14,107 nt of DNA from a virus. Its lineage: Duplodnaviria > Heunggongvirae > Uroviricota > Caudoviricetes. Every line of letters starts with the position of its first letter. The stretch's first letter is position 1. Positions 1-7,906 of this stretch are shown piece after piece. Where the stretch lies: IMG/VR virus record IMGVR_UViG_2563366830_000016; one strand, written 5' to 3'. The notes below the pieces were generated by a model that made no database searches, was not told where the DNA came from, and worked only from the letters and a program-made list of their open reading frames with translations. The position numbers were made by a program, and so were the translations under genes.

Positions 1-1254
1 ATGCTGGAACAAATGGGCATTGCCGCGAAGCAAGCCTCGTATAAATTAGCGCAACTCTCCAGCCGCGAAAAAAATCGCGTGCTGGAAAAAATCGCCGATG
101 AACTGGAAGCACAAAGCGAAATCATCCTCAACGCTAACGCCCAGGATGTTGCTGACGCGCGAGCCAATGGCCTTAGCGAAGCGATGCTTGACCGTCTGGC
201 ACTGACGCCCGCACGGCTGAAAGGCATTGCCGACGATGTACGTCAGGTGTGCAACCTCGCCGATCCGGTGGGGCAGGTAATCGATGGCGGCGTACTGGAC
301 AGCGGCCTGCGTCTTGAGCGTCGTCGCGTACCGCTGGGGGTTATTGGCGTGATTTATGAAGCGCGCCCGAACGTGACGGTTGATGTCGCTTCGCTGTGCC
401 TGAAAACCGGTAATGCGGTGATCCTGCGCGGTGGCAAAGAAACGTGTCGCACTAACGCTGCAACGGTGGCGGTGATTCAGGACGCCCTGAAATCCTGCGG
501 CTTACCGGCGGGTGCCGTGCAGGCGATTGATAATCCTGACCGTGCGCTGGTCAGTGAAATGCTGCGTATGGATAAATACATCGACATGCTGATCCCGCGT
601 GGTGGCGCTGGTTTGCATAAACTGTGCCGTGAACAGTCGACAATCCCGGTGATCACAGGTGGTATAGGCGTATGCCATATTTACGTTGATGAAAGTGTAG
701 AGATCGCTGAAGCATTAAAAGTGATCGTCAACGCGAAAACTCAGCGTCCGAGCACATGTAATACGGTTGAAACGTTGCTGGTGAATAAAAACATCGCCGA
801 TAGCTTCCTGCCCGCATTAAGCAAACAAATGGCGGAAAGCGGCGTGACATTACACGCAGATGCAGCTGCACTGGCGCAGTTGCAGGCAGGCCCTGCGAAG
901 GTGGTTGCTGTTAAAGCCGAAGAGTATGACGATGAGTTTCTGTCATTAGATTTGAACGTCAAAATCGTCAGCGATCTTGACGATGCCATCGCCCATATTC
1001 GTGAACACGGCACACAACACTCCGATGCGATCCTGACCCGCGATATGCGCAACGCCCAGCGTTTTGTTAACGAAGTGGATTCGTCCGCTGTTTACGTTAA
1101 CGCCTCTACGCGTTTTACCGACGGCGGCCAGTTTGGTCTGGGTGCGGAAGTGGCGGTAAGCACACAAAAACTCCACGCGCGTGGCCCAATGGGGCTGGAA
1201 GCACTGACCACTTACAAGTGGATCGGCATTGGTGATTACACCATTCGTGCGTAA
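1..1254 (+). CDS. proA: Gamma-glutamyl phosphate reductase (glutamate-5-semialdehyde dehydrogenase), complete
   Basis: 417-aa ORF starting at base 1 with ATG; translation recognised as enterobacterial ProA over its whole length (ends ...[12 protein letters not shown]); lies directly upstream of tRNA-Thr, as at the E. coli proA-thrW locus. Confidence 0.95.
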
Positions 1255-1368
1255 ATAAAACCGGGTGATGCAAAAGTAGCCATTTGATTCACAAGGCCAT
1301 TGACGCATCGCCCGGTTAGTTTTAACCTTGCCCACCGTGATTCACGTTCGTGAACATGTCCTTTCAGG

Positions 1369-1444
1369 GCCGATATAGCTCAGTTGGTAGAGCAGCGCAT
1401 TCGTAATGCGAAGGTCGTAGGTTCGACTCCTATTATCGGCACCA
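1369..1444 (+). tRNA. thrW: tRNA-Thr (anticodon CGU)
   Basis: 76-nt sequence GCCGATATAGCTCAGTTGGTAGAGC...GGTTCGACTCCTATTATCGGCACCA with cloverleaf-compatible arms, anticodon loop TTCGTAA (CGT) and encoded 3' CCA; recognised as enterobacterial thrW, a known integration target for P4-like and P22-like elements. Confidence 0.95.
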
Positions 1445-1461
1445 TTCAAACATCTCCCCAA

Positions 1462-1545
1462 GTCTACTAAAGTCTTTCAAAACCCCTTATAATCCGCGTA
1501 TTAAAGCCCCGTTCGTCTTTTGACGTCTACTAAAGTCCCTCAAAA
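1462..1545 (+). repeat. Two 21-bp direct repeats (GTCTACTAAAGTCTTTCAAAA at 1462-1482; GTCTACTAAAGTCCCTCAAAA at 1525-1545) between the tRNA 3' end and int; candidate integrase arm-type sites in attL
   Basis: Read directly: 19/21 identical copies spaced about 63 bp apart, immediately downstream of the tRNA and upstream of the integrase start. Tyrosine integrases of tRNA-integrating elements commonly bind arm-type repeats in this position; the function is inferred. Confidence 0.4.
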
Positions 1546-1609
1546 TCTACGGTCAGATGGGGGTACTTATGGGGGTATTTGCTGTTCGGTTTAGTGGAGG
1601 TACCCCCAA

Positions 1610-2824
1610 GTGAAACTCAATGCCCGTCAAATAGACACAGCCAAGCCAAAAGAGAAGGCTTACAAGCTGGCCGATGGTGGCGGTTTGTATCTCTTGGTAA
1701 AACCTAATGGAGGTAAATACTGGCGACTTAAATATCGTGTAGATGGTAAAGAGAAGCTATTGGCACTAGGTGTGTATCCTGAGGTTACTCTAGCCGATGC
1801 TCGGGCAAAACGTGAAGATGCGAAAAGAGGTATCGCTGGTGGTATCGATCCGATGGAAGCGAAACGAGAGGAAAAGATTGCCCGGGAAACGCAGTTAAAC
1901 AACACCTTCAAAGATATTGCCCTTGAGTGGCACAGCAGCAAATTAAAAAAATGGTCTGCTGGTTATGCTTCAGACATCCTCGAAGCCTTCAACAAAGATG
2001 TGTTCCCTTACATTGGCAAAAAACCAATCGCCGAAATCAAACCACTTGAACTTCTGAATGTGCTGCGGCGCATCGAGGGGCGCGGTGCTACAGAAAAAGC
2101 CAAAAAAGTGAGGCAGCGGTGCGGGGAAGTTTTCCGCTATGCAATAGTCACTGGTCGCGCAGAGTATAACCCTGCACCAGACCTTACTAGCGCGATGCAA
2201 GGCCATGAATCTAATCATTACCCTTTCCTTACAGCTAAAGAATTACCTGATTTTTTCAAGGCATTGTCCAGTTACTCAGGAAGCGCATTGGTTGTTATGG
2301 CGGCTCGTCTACTGATTATCACCGGCTTGCGGACTGGCGAACTACGTGGCGCATTATGGGATGAAATTGATTTCAACAAGGCTATCTGGGAGATACCCGC
2401 TTCACGTATGAAAATGCGGCGGCCTCATATTGTGCCATTGTCTGATCAGGCTCTTTCGCTTATTGGGAAGATTAGAGAAATAACAGGCAATTACCCTCTT
2501 ATGTTTCCCGGGCGCAATGATCCAAGGAAAACAATGAGTGAGGCCAGCATAAACCAAGTGTTTAAGCGCATTGGCTACGCTGGACGTGTAACTGGTCATG
2601 GGTTCCGGCACACTATGAGTACGATTTTGCATGAGCAGGGCTATAACACCGCGTGGATAGAAACGCAGCTCGCTCACGTTGATAAGAACTCAATTCGTGG
2701 CACATACAACCATGCGCAATATCTGGATGGAAGGCGGGAGATGCTTCAATGGTATGCCGACTATATGGATTCTCTCGAGCATGGCGGAAATGTGGTGCAT
2801 ATGGTGTTTGAAAAACACGCATGA
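1610..2824 (+). CDS. Tyrosine-type site-specific integrase, P4-like family (GTG start)
   Basis: 404-aa ORF; N-terminus KLADGGGLYLLVKPNGGKYWRLKYRVDGKEKLLALGVYPEVTLADARAKR is the typical P4-type integrase arm-binding domain; C-terminal HGFRHT and catalytic-Tyr region (YNHAQY) consistent with tyrosine recombinases. GTG at 1610 is the only in-frame start; GGAGG lies 9 nt upstream. Adjacent to the tRNA. Confidence 0.9.
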   Translation: MKLNARQIDTAKPKEKAYKLADGGGLYLLVKPNGGKYWRLKYRVDGKEKLLALGVYPEVTLADARAKREDAKRGIAGGIDPMEAKREEKIARETQLNNTFKDIALEWHSSKLKKWSAGYASDILEAFNKDVFPYIGKKPIAEIKPLELLNVLRRIEGRGATEKAKKVRQRCGEVFRYAIVTGRAEYNPAPDLTSAMQGHESNHYPFLTAKELPDFFKALSSYSGSALVVMAARLLIITGLRTGELRGALWDEIDFNKAIWEIPASRMKMRRPHIVPLSDQALSLIGKIREITGNYPLMFPGRNDPRKTMSEASINQVFKRIGYAGRVTGHGFRHTMSTILHEQGYNTAWIETQLAHVDKNSIRGTYNHAQYLDGRREMLQWYADYMDSLEHGGNVVHMVFEKHA

Positions 2825-2967
2825 AACAACTGGACAAGTATACAGAGGTTTACTAAAGTATAGGGGAGTAGATTGATAAAAACTCACAGAGGATTGCTAT
2901 TTAACAGTTAGCCCTGGAGAAGGGCAATCGCTCTTTTATAAACGAAGGTGTATTGAGCCTTCTACGT

Positions 2968-3032
2968 CGCTGACAAAGCGGAATGTTCTTTAACAGGCTT
3001 TGGCGCTGACAAAGCGCAATTGTTCTTTAAAA
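2968..3032 (+). repeat. Tandem imperfect direct repeats of about 28 bp (CGCTGACAAAGCGGAATGTTCTTTAACA / GCGCTGACAAAGCGCAATTGTTCTTTAAAA) in the int-alpA intergenic region
   Basis: Read directly at 2968-2995 and 3003-3032. Position between int and the regulator gene suggests a protein-binding or regulatory site; function unknown. Confidence 0.4.
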
Positions 3033-3131
3033 CTACTGGATGTCACGCCTAATAGCGTGATCCTGCCGAAATGCAGGGTAGCTCTACCCTTGTGGAGCGA
3101 ACAAACCAAAACAATCTGACTATCTTTTATA

Positions 3132-3166
3132 AAAGACCGCAATATGTTTTTCATATTGTGGTCTTT
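3132..3166 (+). promoter_or_regulatory. Long inverted repeat (15-bp arms, 5-nt centre): AAAGACCGCAATATG-TTTTT-CATATTGTGGTCTTT, upstream of alpA
   Basis: Read directly; one mismatch in 15 bp; no U-tract follows on either strand, so operator-like or RNA-structure rather than an intrinsic terminator. A TTGACG motif follows at 3181-3186. Confidence 0.4.
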
Positions 3167-3252
3167 GGCGTATTCGACATTTGACGCAAATAAAACTCTC
3201 GCCATTCGTTGCAGGAGGGGGTTATTGCGTCATTAGTACAGGATATTAATAA

Positions 3253-3456
3253 ATGGCTAATTACAATTCATTAATTCGTCTCTCTGAAGTTCAAAGGCGA
3301 ACTGGTTATAGCAAAGCATGGATTTATCGTCTTATTAGTCAGGGGAGGTTCCCTAAACAGGTAAAAATTGGAAGTCGGGCAATTGCTTTTGTTGAGTCTG
3401 AAATAGATGAATGGATTGAGAAGTGTATATTAGAATCTAGAGACGAGGTGGCCTGA
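3253..3456 (+). CDS. alpA: AlpA-family phage/island transcriptional regulator (small HTH protein)
   Basis: 67-aa ORF with ...GYSKAWIYRLISQGRFPKQVKIGSRAIAFVESEIDEWIE..., the characteristic AlpA (prophage CP4-57 regulatory protein) pattern; AGGA about 10 nt upstream; same orientation as int, as in P4-like and PICI-type elements. Confidence 0.85.
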   Translation: MANYNSLIRLSEVQRRTGYSKAWIYRLISQGRFPKQVKIGSRAIAFVESEIDEWIEKCILESRDEVA

Positions 3457-3887
3457 TGGAAAAGAAAAACCGCCCATTACAGGCGGCTAATTCAGATATT
3501 CGTGTATCTGATGTTACGCCCCTTACAAAATCCCTTCAAGCACCAAAGCGCACACCGAAAAAGCATCGTGCCAGAGTCTATATGCTGCGTACTGGTATAG
3601 AGGGATGGACAGAAAATGACATTCTTCGCTACTGCCGTCTGTCTTCTGGTCGTAACTATGCAACAGAGTTAGAACGCCAGCTTGGAATCACTCTGGAGCG
3701 TATCGACGAAAAGAATCCTGATGGTATCGGAACACACCTTCGCTACCGTTTCTCCTGCCGTGGTGATGTTCTGAAAGTGATCACTCATATTAACCATCTT
3801 GCGAACATAAATGATCACAACGGACTTTCTCAGCAGGAAATTGCCGACATTCTGAAACTCTACCCGGACGCGTTTAACGCCGCCTAA
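3456..3887 (+). CDS. Hypothetical protein, 143 aa, basic N-terminus; translationally coupled to alpA
   Basis: ATG overlaps the alpA stop (TGATG). N-terminal Lys/Arg-rich segment (PKRTPKKHRARVY) suggests nucleic-acid binding. No family recognised. Confidence 0.6.
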   Translation: MEKKNRPLQAANSDIRVSDVTPLTKSLQAPKRTPKKHRARVYMLRTGIEGWTENDILRYCRLSSGRNYATELERQLGITLERIDEKNPDGIGTHLRYRFSCRGDVLKVITHINHLANINDHNGLSQQEIADILKLYPDAFNAA

Positions 3888-3899
3888 CGGAGACTGAAA

Positions 3900-4733
3900 A
3901 TGAACATCGAAAAAAGCAGATTAATTTCTGAGGCCGCCCCTCATCTGAACGCCTCTCTGGGCACAATTAACGGTAATGAATTTGCCGCAATTGTCCCGGT
4001 TATTCCAGGTCACATCGGTGGGCGTGAAACCAATATTGTTAGCGCAAAAGCGTTACACAAAGCGTTGGGCGTGGGAAAAGACTTCTCTACATGGATCACT
4101 GATCGCATCTCTGAATATGACTTCACCATTGGGCACGATTACTCAGTCCATAAAACAATTTCCCCAAATTTGGGGAAAAGCCCGAATGGCACGGCTTACA
4201 GCAAGATTAAGCAGTCTGGCAGACCCGGCAAAGACTATCTGTTAAGTGTCGGAATGGCGAAAGAGCTGGCAATGATCGAACGCAATGATCAGGGTCGCGC
4301 TATCCGTCGTTATTTCATCCAGTGCGAGGAAGAATTACAGCGTAGCGTGCCTGAAATCGCCGCCCGCTATCGTCGCCAGCTAAAAGCCCGTATCAGTGCC
4401 GCAAACAACTTTAAGCCAATGTGCGATGCGCTGAATATGGCCCGTGCCGAGCAGGGGAAAACGACGCAGCAACACCACTACACAAACGAGAGCAATATGA
4501 TTTCTCGTATCGTTCTTGGAGGGCTAACTGCTAAGCAGTGGGCGCGGATAAATGGCTATTCTGGCGAACCTCGCGACCATATGAACGCAGAACAGCTTGA
4601 GCACCTCTCATATCTCGAAAGCACCAATATCACGTTAATTGATATGGGCATGGAATATGAGCAGCGCAAAGGAGAACTCACCCGCCTGTCGCAACGCTGG
4701 CTCGCCAAGCGTCTGGAGGCGGTCCATGTTTAA
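3900..4733 (+). CDS. Putative phage regulatory/antirepressor-like protein (Rha/KilAC-like region)
   Basis: 277-aa ORF; GGAGA RBS 7 nt upstream; segment DYLLSVGMAKELAMIERNDQGRAIRRYFIQCEEEL resembles the conserved core of phage antirepressor (KilAC/Rha-type) domains. Family assignment is from memory of the motif, not a search. Confidence 0.55.
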   Translation: MNIEKSRLISEAAPHLNASLGTINGNEFAAIVPVIPGHIGGRETNIVSAKALHKALGVGKDFSTWITDRISEYDFTIGHDYSVHKTISPNLGKSPNGTAYSKIKQSGRPGKDYLLSVGMAKELAMIERNDQGRAIRRYFIQCEEELQRSVPEIAARYRRQLKARISAANNFKPMCDALNMARAEQGKTTQQHHYTNESNMISRIVLGGLTAKQWARINGYSGEPRDHMNAEQLEHLSYLESTNITLIDMGMEYEQRKGELTRLSQRWLAKRLEAVHV

Positions 4734-4908
4734 GCCGACAGGAACACCACAACCTCAAAAACGCTACAAAGATGCCCACGGAGCACTCGTTACTGTCGAA
4801 AGCGTGTCTCACAACCGAGTGACGTTTTATCGCGACGGGTATCAATCGCCATGCGTACAACCGCTGGCGCGCTTCATGAAGGAGTTCGCGGAGGTTAACA
4901 AATGCTAA
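4726..4908 (+). CDS. Hypothetical small protein (60 aa)
   Basis: ATG at 4726 preceded by GGAGG (8 nt spacing) and overlapping the stop of the upstream gene; in frame with track ORF 4639-4908. No family recognised. Confidence 0.5.
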   Translation: MFKPTGTPQPQKRYKDAHGALVTVESVSHNRVTFYRDGYQSPCVQPLARFMKEFAEVNKC

Positions 4909-5339
4909 CCGTCCAGAAGAAGATATTTTCACTGACTGCTATGTCGCAAAAATCCAGCAATATGACAGCAAAGTCTGGCATTAATACAGCAGATACAAGC
5001 AAAGCTTATCATTTTATGGTGGTAGGAGCGGATGCCTTAACTATGTCAGAAATTACGGTCGATGGTGTTAGCGTTGAGAAGGTCAGCGGCTGCGCCAGAG
5101 AATTTCTGGTCGTAGATGACCTGTTCTGCTCGCGTAGTGACTCCACAAAAATCTTCGTCCGCACGCGCGACGTTAACGAAATGAGCGCGATGTACTGTGC
5201 CTCTGGTTCTTCCAATAGTGAGTTTTCGGAGTCCATAAAAAAGAGCTTGCCGTTATGCGGCAACACGGTTTATGGTTATAAGGCACCTCATAAAACGGGT
5301 GCCGGGATTAGGACCCCGCAGGCAATCGAGGCGATACAT

Positions 5340-5360
5340 GACGCGCCAGCGTCTTTTTTT
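5340..5360 (+). terminator. Candidate intrinsic terminator / attenuator: GACGC-gcca-GCGTC hairpin followed by T7
   Basis: Read directly: 5-bp GC-rich stem, 4-nt loop, then TTTTTTT at 5354-5360. Short stem, so moderate-to-low confidence. Lies inside the gap with no convincing gene (4909-5524). Confidence 0.35.
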
Positions 5361-5524
5361 GTATCGGCGCACACGCACACCTTATCAATGGTGGGCTGTA
5401 TGGGGCTGACTTCGGTCAGGCTGGTTTCCTTGATTGCCAGTAGTCCTAACCCTGTACAGTCCACCGCCAGCGAGCTTAGGACCTCCGGCGGTGGCTATAA
5501 ACCATCAATCAAGGAGGCTGCCAC

Positions 5525-5719
5525 ATGCTGGCTACTACCCCTACCCAAAAACCGCAATTTATCTGGATTATCGCCGCAGTTCGCCGCGATTGCCCGACAA
5601 TTACCGCCAAAATTCATCATATTGCTGCCGAGTCTGAACGCGATGCTCGCCGTTCTCTGGTGCGCGATCACATCTGCTTTTTTGCTGGTCGTATCCGCAT
5701 GGAGGTGGCACATGATTAA
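5525..5719 (+). CDS. Hypothetical small protein (64 aa); first gene of the coupled operon leading to the primase
   Basis: Strong RBS AAGGAGG at 5511-5517, 7 nt before ATG; host-like codon usage (CTG, CGC, GCC, ATC); its stop overlaps the next gene's start. Confidence 0.7.
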   Translation: MLATTPTQKPQFIWIIAAVRRDCPTITAKIHHIAAESERDARRSLVRDHICFFAGRIRMEVAHD

Positions 5720-5930
5720 AACCTACGATGTGCATATGGATCCCCTCGAACGCACAAGCCAGATCATCACACTGACAGAAGTGATTAACGACATTCTGGT
5801 GAGCAACTCTCCCTCACGAGACGAAAGACTGAAGGCGTTACTCGCGATATTGGATCTCGCCGTTCGTGACGTTCATTTCCTGCTGGAAGGTGGACAAATG
5901 CCATGCAAAACGGGGGCAACCAATGAATAA
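5712..5930 (+). CDS. Hypothetical small protein (72 aa)
   Basis: ATG at 5712 with GGAGGTG 4-10 nt upstream; overlaps the upstream stop; forms the 3' part of track ORF 4902-5930. Confidence 0.6.
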   Translation: MIKTYDVHMDPLERTSQIITLTEVINDILVSNSPSRDERLKALLAILDLAVRDVHFLLEGGQMPCKTGATNE

Positions 5931-6117
5931 CTCAATTAATACCCCTCGCCTTACGTCCGCACTTCAATTAATCGAGCAAGCAGCGGCTGTCCTGGTTGCT
6001 GTCAGTCTTTCGGCTGAAGAAATGGACGCTGCTGATGTCGTGGATGCGATTAAAGCGTGCTCATCTTTGGTTAACGATGCCCGTGCCGAGCTGGTAATTC
6101 TTGGGGGTGAAAAATGA
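5923..6117 (+). CDS. Hypothetical small acidic protein (64 aa)
   Basis: ATG at 5923 (GGGGG 6 nt upstream), overlapping the upstream stop (ATGAATAA); acidic, predicted helical (SAEEMDAADVVDAIKA...). Confidence 0.6.
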   Translation: MNNSINTPRLTSALQLIEQAAAVLVAVSLSAEEMDAADVVDAIKACSSLVNDARAELVILGGEK

Positions 6118-6377
6118 ATATCAACTTAATTTATCGTCATCCGTGTGAGCTGGAAATTGAATCATTGCTGGGGCGCGAAGAGCCATATCCAGACACATTC
6201 ACTCCCGCAGATTGCGCGACTGAACGGCTTACCAGAGCGCGCACAGGTCTGGTTCATGTGATGAATGAGATTGTTCCCTCGGTGGGAGGGGAACAGGCGA
6301 CAGTAATCAATAGCTGGCTACAAAAAGTTACCTCCCTGATAGATATCGGTTTAATCGATGTGGAGAGTGCGAAATGA
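6114..6377 (+). CDS. Hypothetical small acidic protein (87 aa)
   Basis: ATGA start/stop overlap with upstream gene; GGGGGTG RBS. Confidence 0.65.
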   Translation: MNINLIYRHPCELEIESLLGREEPYPDTFTPADCATERLTRARTGLVHVMNEIVPSVGGEQATVINSWLQKVTSLIDIGLIDVESAK

Positions 6378-6595
6378 CCAACATCCAGCTCATTGAAGCG
6401 CAATGTCGCATCGAACAGGTTCAGACTGTTTTAGGGTTCTGGCTTGAAGGGGCCAGCCCCAGCAACAGAGACAAGTTAATGATTGGCGCGGTTATGTCAC
6501 TGCTCAATGGCGTACCAGAAGCTATTCAGGAAGCGGACGAATTGTTGGGCAAATATGAGTTACAGAATCATTCAGGCGAGGCGAAACATGAATAA
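6374..6595 (+). CDS. Hypothetical small protein (73 aa)
   Basis: ATGA overlap with upstream gene; GGAGAG RBS. Confidence 0.65.
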   Translation: MTNIQLIEAQCRIEQVQTVLGFWLEGASPSNRDKLMIGAVMSLLNGVPEAIQEADELLGKYELQNHSGEAKHE

Positions 6596-7190
6596 TTTCT
6601 TAACTTTCCATGCAGAAGCAACGCCTGACGGCGTAAACATCATGTACCGCAGCAACGATGGCATGACAGAACGCGTTGAGACCGTCTCATATATTGATGC
6701 CGTAAATCGTCTGGATGCCGGGGATTATGACGATAAACCAGATGAAGGCATGTTTATACATCTCGCTATTGCCAGTGGCGGCAACCAGGGATATTTCGAT
6801 TACACATCACAGCATCACGTGATTATGTGGCGCTGGCTGATAGCAACAGCATTCATCAATGAAATGAGAAAGGAAAACGGCACTGTCAGCATCATTGATG
6901 ATACTGGCAATCCTTCCGAAGTGGCTGTTTATTCCAACGGCATCGTCGCCATGCCGCTGTATCCAGTAGCAGAGCGCCTCGCTATGGCAAACAACATTGA
7001 GGGCGCGATGATAGAACGTTTTGGCATCGAGTCTGGCACAGAACGCGCCATCATTTTCTACAGAGCCATGATGGATGTGGAACAAGGAGCACTGACTCCA
7101 TTTGGTCGTGAAACGCTTGCTGAACTTCACAACAGCTTTATAGCTGAACTGAATGAAAACGGCATGCCAGCGGAACCAGTGACGCACTGA
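6588..7190 (+). CDS. Hypothetical protein (200 aa)
   Basis: ATG at 6588 overlaps upstream stop (ATGAATAA); GAGG RBS; internal part of track ORF 6483-7190. No family recognised. Confidence 0.7.
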   Translation: MNNFLTFHAEATPDGVNIMYRSNDGMTERVETVSYIDAVNRLDAGDYDDKPDEGMFIHLAIASGGNQGYFDYTSQHHVIMWRWLIATAFINEMRKENGTVSIIDDTGNPSEVAVYSNGIVAMPLYPVAERLAMANNIEGAMIERFGIESGTERAIIFYRAMMDVEQGALTPFGRETLAELHNSFIAELNENGMPAEPVTH

Positions 7191-7200
7191 GGATGGAGCC

Positions 7201-7542
7201 ATGATTACTAAAAATTTCCGACTGAATGCGCTGGCAAATAAGTATGCGTCAGCACTGTATAACCACATTACCTCCACCAGCGGCGGGGACTATTTCATGA
7301 TTGATGCGGACGGAGAGGCCGTCCGTGTGGAAATCGTCAATGGAGTAAAAGGCGTTCGCAGCCTGATCGATAGTTACGCACTGGCAGCCATGAAAGTGTT
7401 CTACCCGCAGTGGGAAACCGTGGGGATCGAGCTTCTTGATCGTTGCGTCACTAAGGACAGATTGACTGACGTCGGGCGTGAGATATGGCAAAGCATGGTT
7501 AATGACATGGGCGCAACTGTAGCGGGAGGTTCTCATGCGTGA
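7201..7542 (+). CDS. Hypothetical protein (113 aa)
   Basis: GAGGATGGAG RBS directly upstream; overlaps downstream gene start. Confidence 0.7.
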   Translation: MITKNFRLNALANKYASALYNHITSTSGGDYFMIDADGEAVRVEIVNGVKGVRSLIDSYALAAMKVFYPQWETVGIELLDRCVTKDRLTDVGREIWQSMVNDMGATVAGGSHA

Positions 7543-7906
7543 AAATGTAGAAATGGCGCTTAGCTCCGCAATCGGAGAGCAGGTGGCAAAGATTGCTGGT
7601 GCTGTGTGGATTCATAACCTTCATTCTACTGGTGAAGAGAAAATGGCAATTCAGACGCCAGAGGGACGCACCATTACTACATCTCTGAAGCCGTCAGATG
7701 TTTGTGATCTGATTTGCGCATTCATGTACCCAGCAATGAGGACTGTCCACGGCGATAAGTGGAAACTTGCGACAACCGCTGAATTTGATATGTGGCTAAA
7801 CAATGATGGCATGCTGACTGATTACGGAATAACCAAGTGGCAGATGCTAGTTAGCCATATCGCAAACGCTATAGACCACGTGGGGTACGGTGATGCGAAA
7901 CATTGA
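7535..7906 (+). CDS. Hypothetical protein (123 aa)
   Basis: GGGAGG RBS 6 nt upstream; 3' end overlaps the primase start by 14-17 nt. Confidence 0.7.
   Translation: MRENVEMALSSAIGEQVAKIAGAVWIHNLHSTGEEKMAIQTPEGRTITTSLKPSDVCDLICAFMYPAMRTVHGDKWKLATTAEFDMWLNNDGMLTDYGITKWQMLVSHIANAIDHVGYGDAKH

Noticed and set aside
741-1335. Minus-strand ORFs 741-1052 and 946-1335 overlapping proA
   Set aside because: Antisense to a well-supported conserved gene; Cys/Ser/Arg-rich translations typical of shadow ORFs.
1255-1368. Long-range inverted repeat AACCGGGTGATGC ... GCATCGCCCGGTT (1259-1271 / 1305-1317) after proA, considered as a terminator
   Set aside because: The 33-nt loop and weak T-tract make a canonical intrinsic terminator doubtful; the region probably holds the thrW promoter (TTGACG at 1300-1305). 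Not called.
1660-2887. Minus-strand and alternate-frame ORFs (1660-1941, 1970-2218, 2402-2677, 2613-2837, 2679-2876, 2690-2887) overlapping the integrase gene and its 3' flank
   Set aside because: They overlap the integrase CDS, lack RBSs and give low-complexity translations.
2990-3205. 71-aa minus-strand ORF divergent from alpA, considered as a possible repressor gene
   Set aside because: Rich in rare codons (AGA, AGG, ATA, TTA), no clear RBS, and it spans the repeat/palindrome-dense control region; more likely non-coding. It stays a weak possibility.
4902-5930. 342-aa ORF from the six-frame track treated as one protein
   Set aside because: The 3' portion (5712-5930) has its own RBS and start, and 5525-5719 is clearly coding in another frame, while frame 0 there uses rare codons. 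The long ORF is best explained as a chance-open or non-coding leader fused to a real downstream gene.
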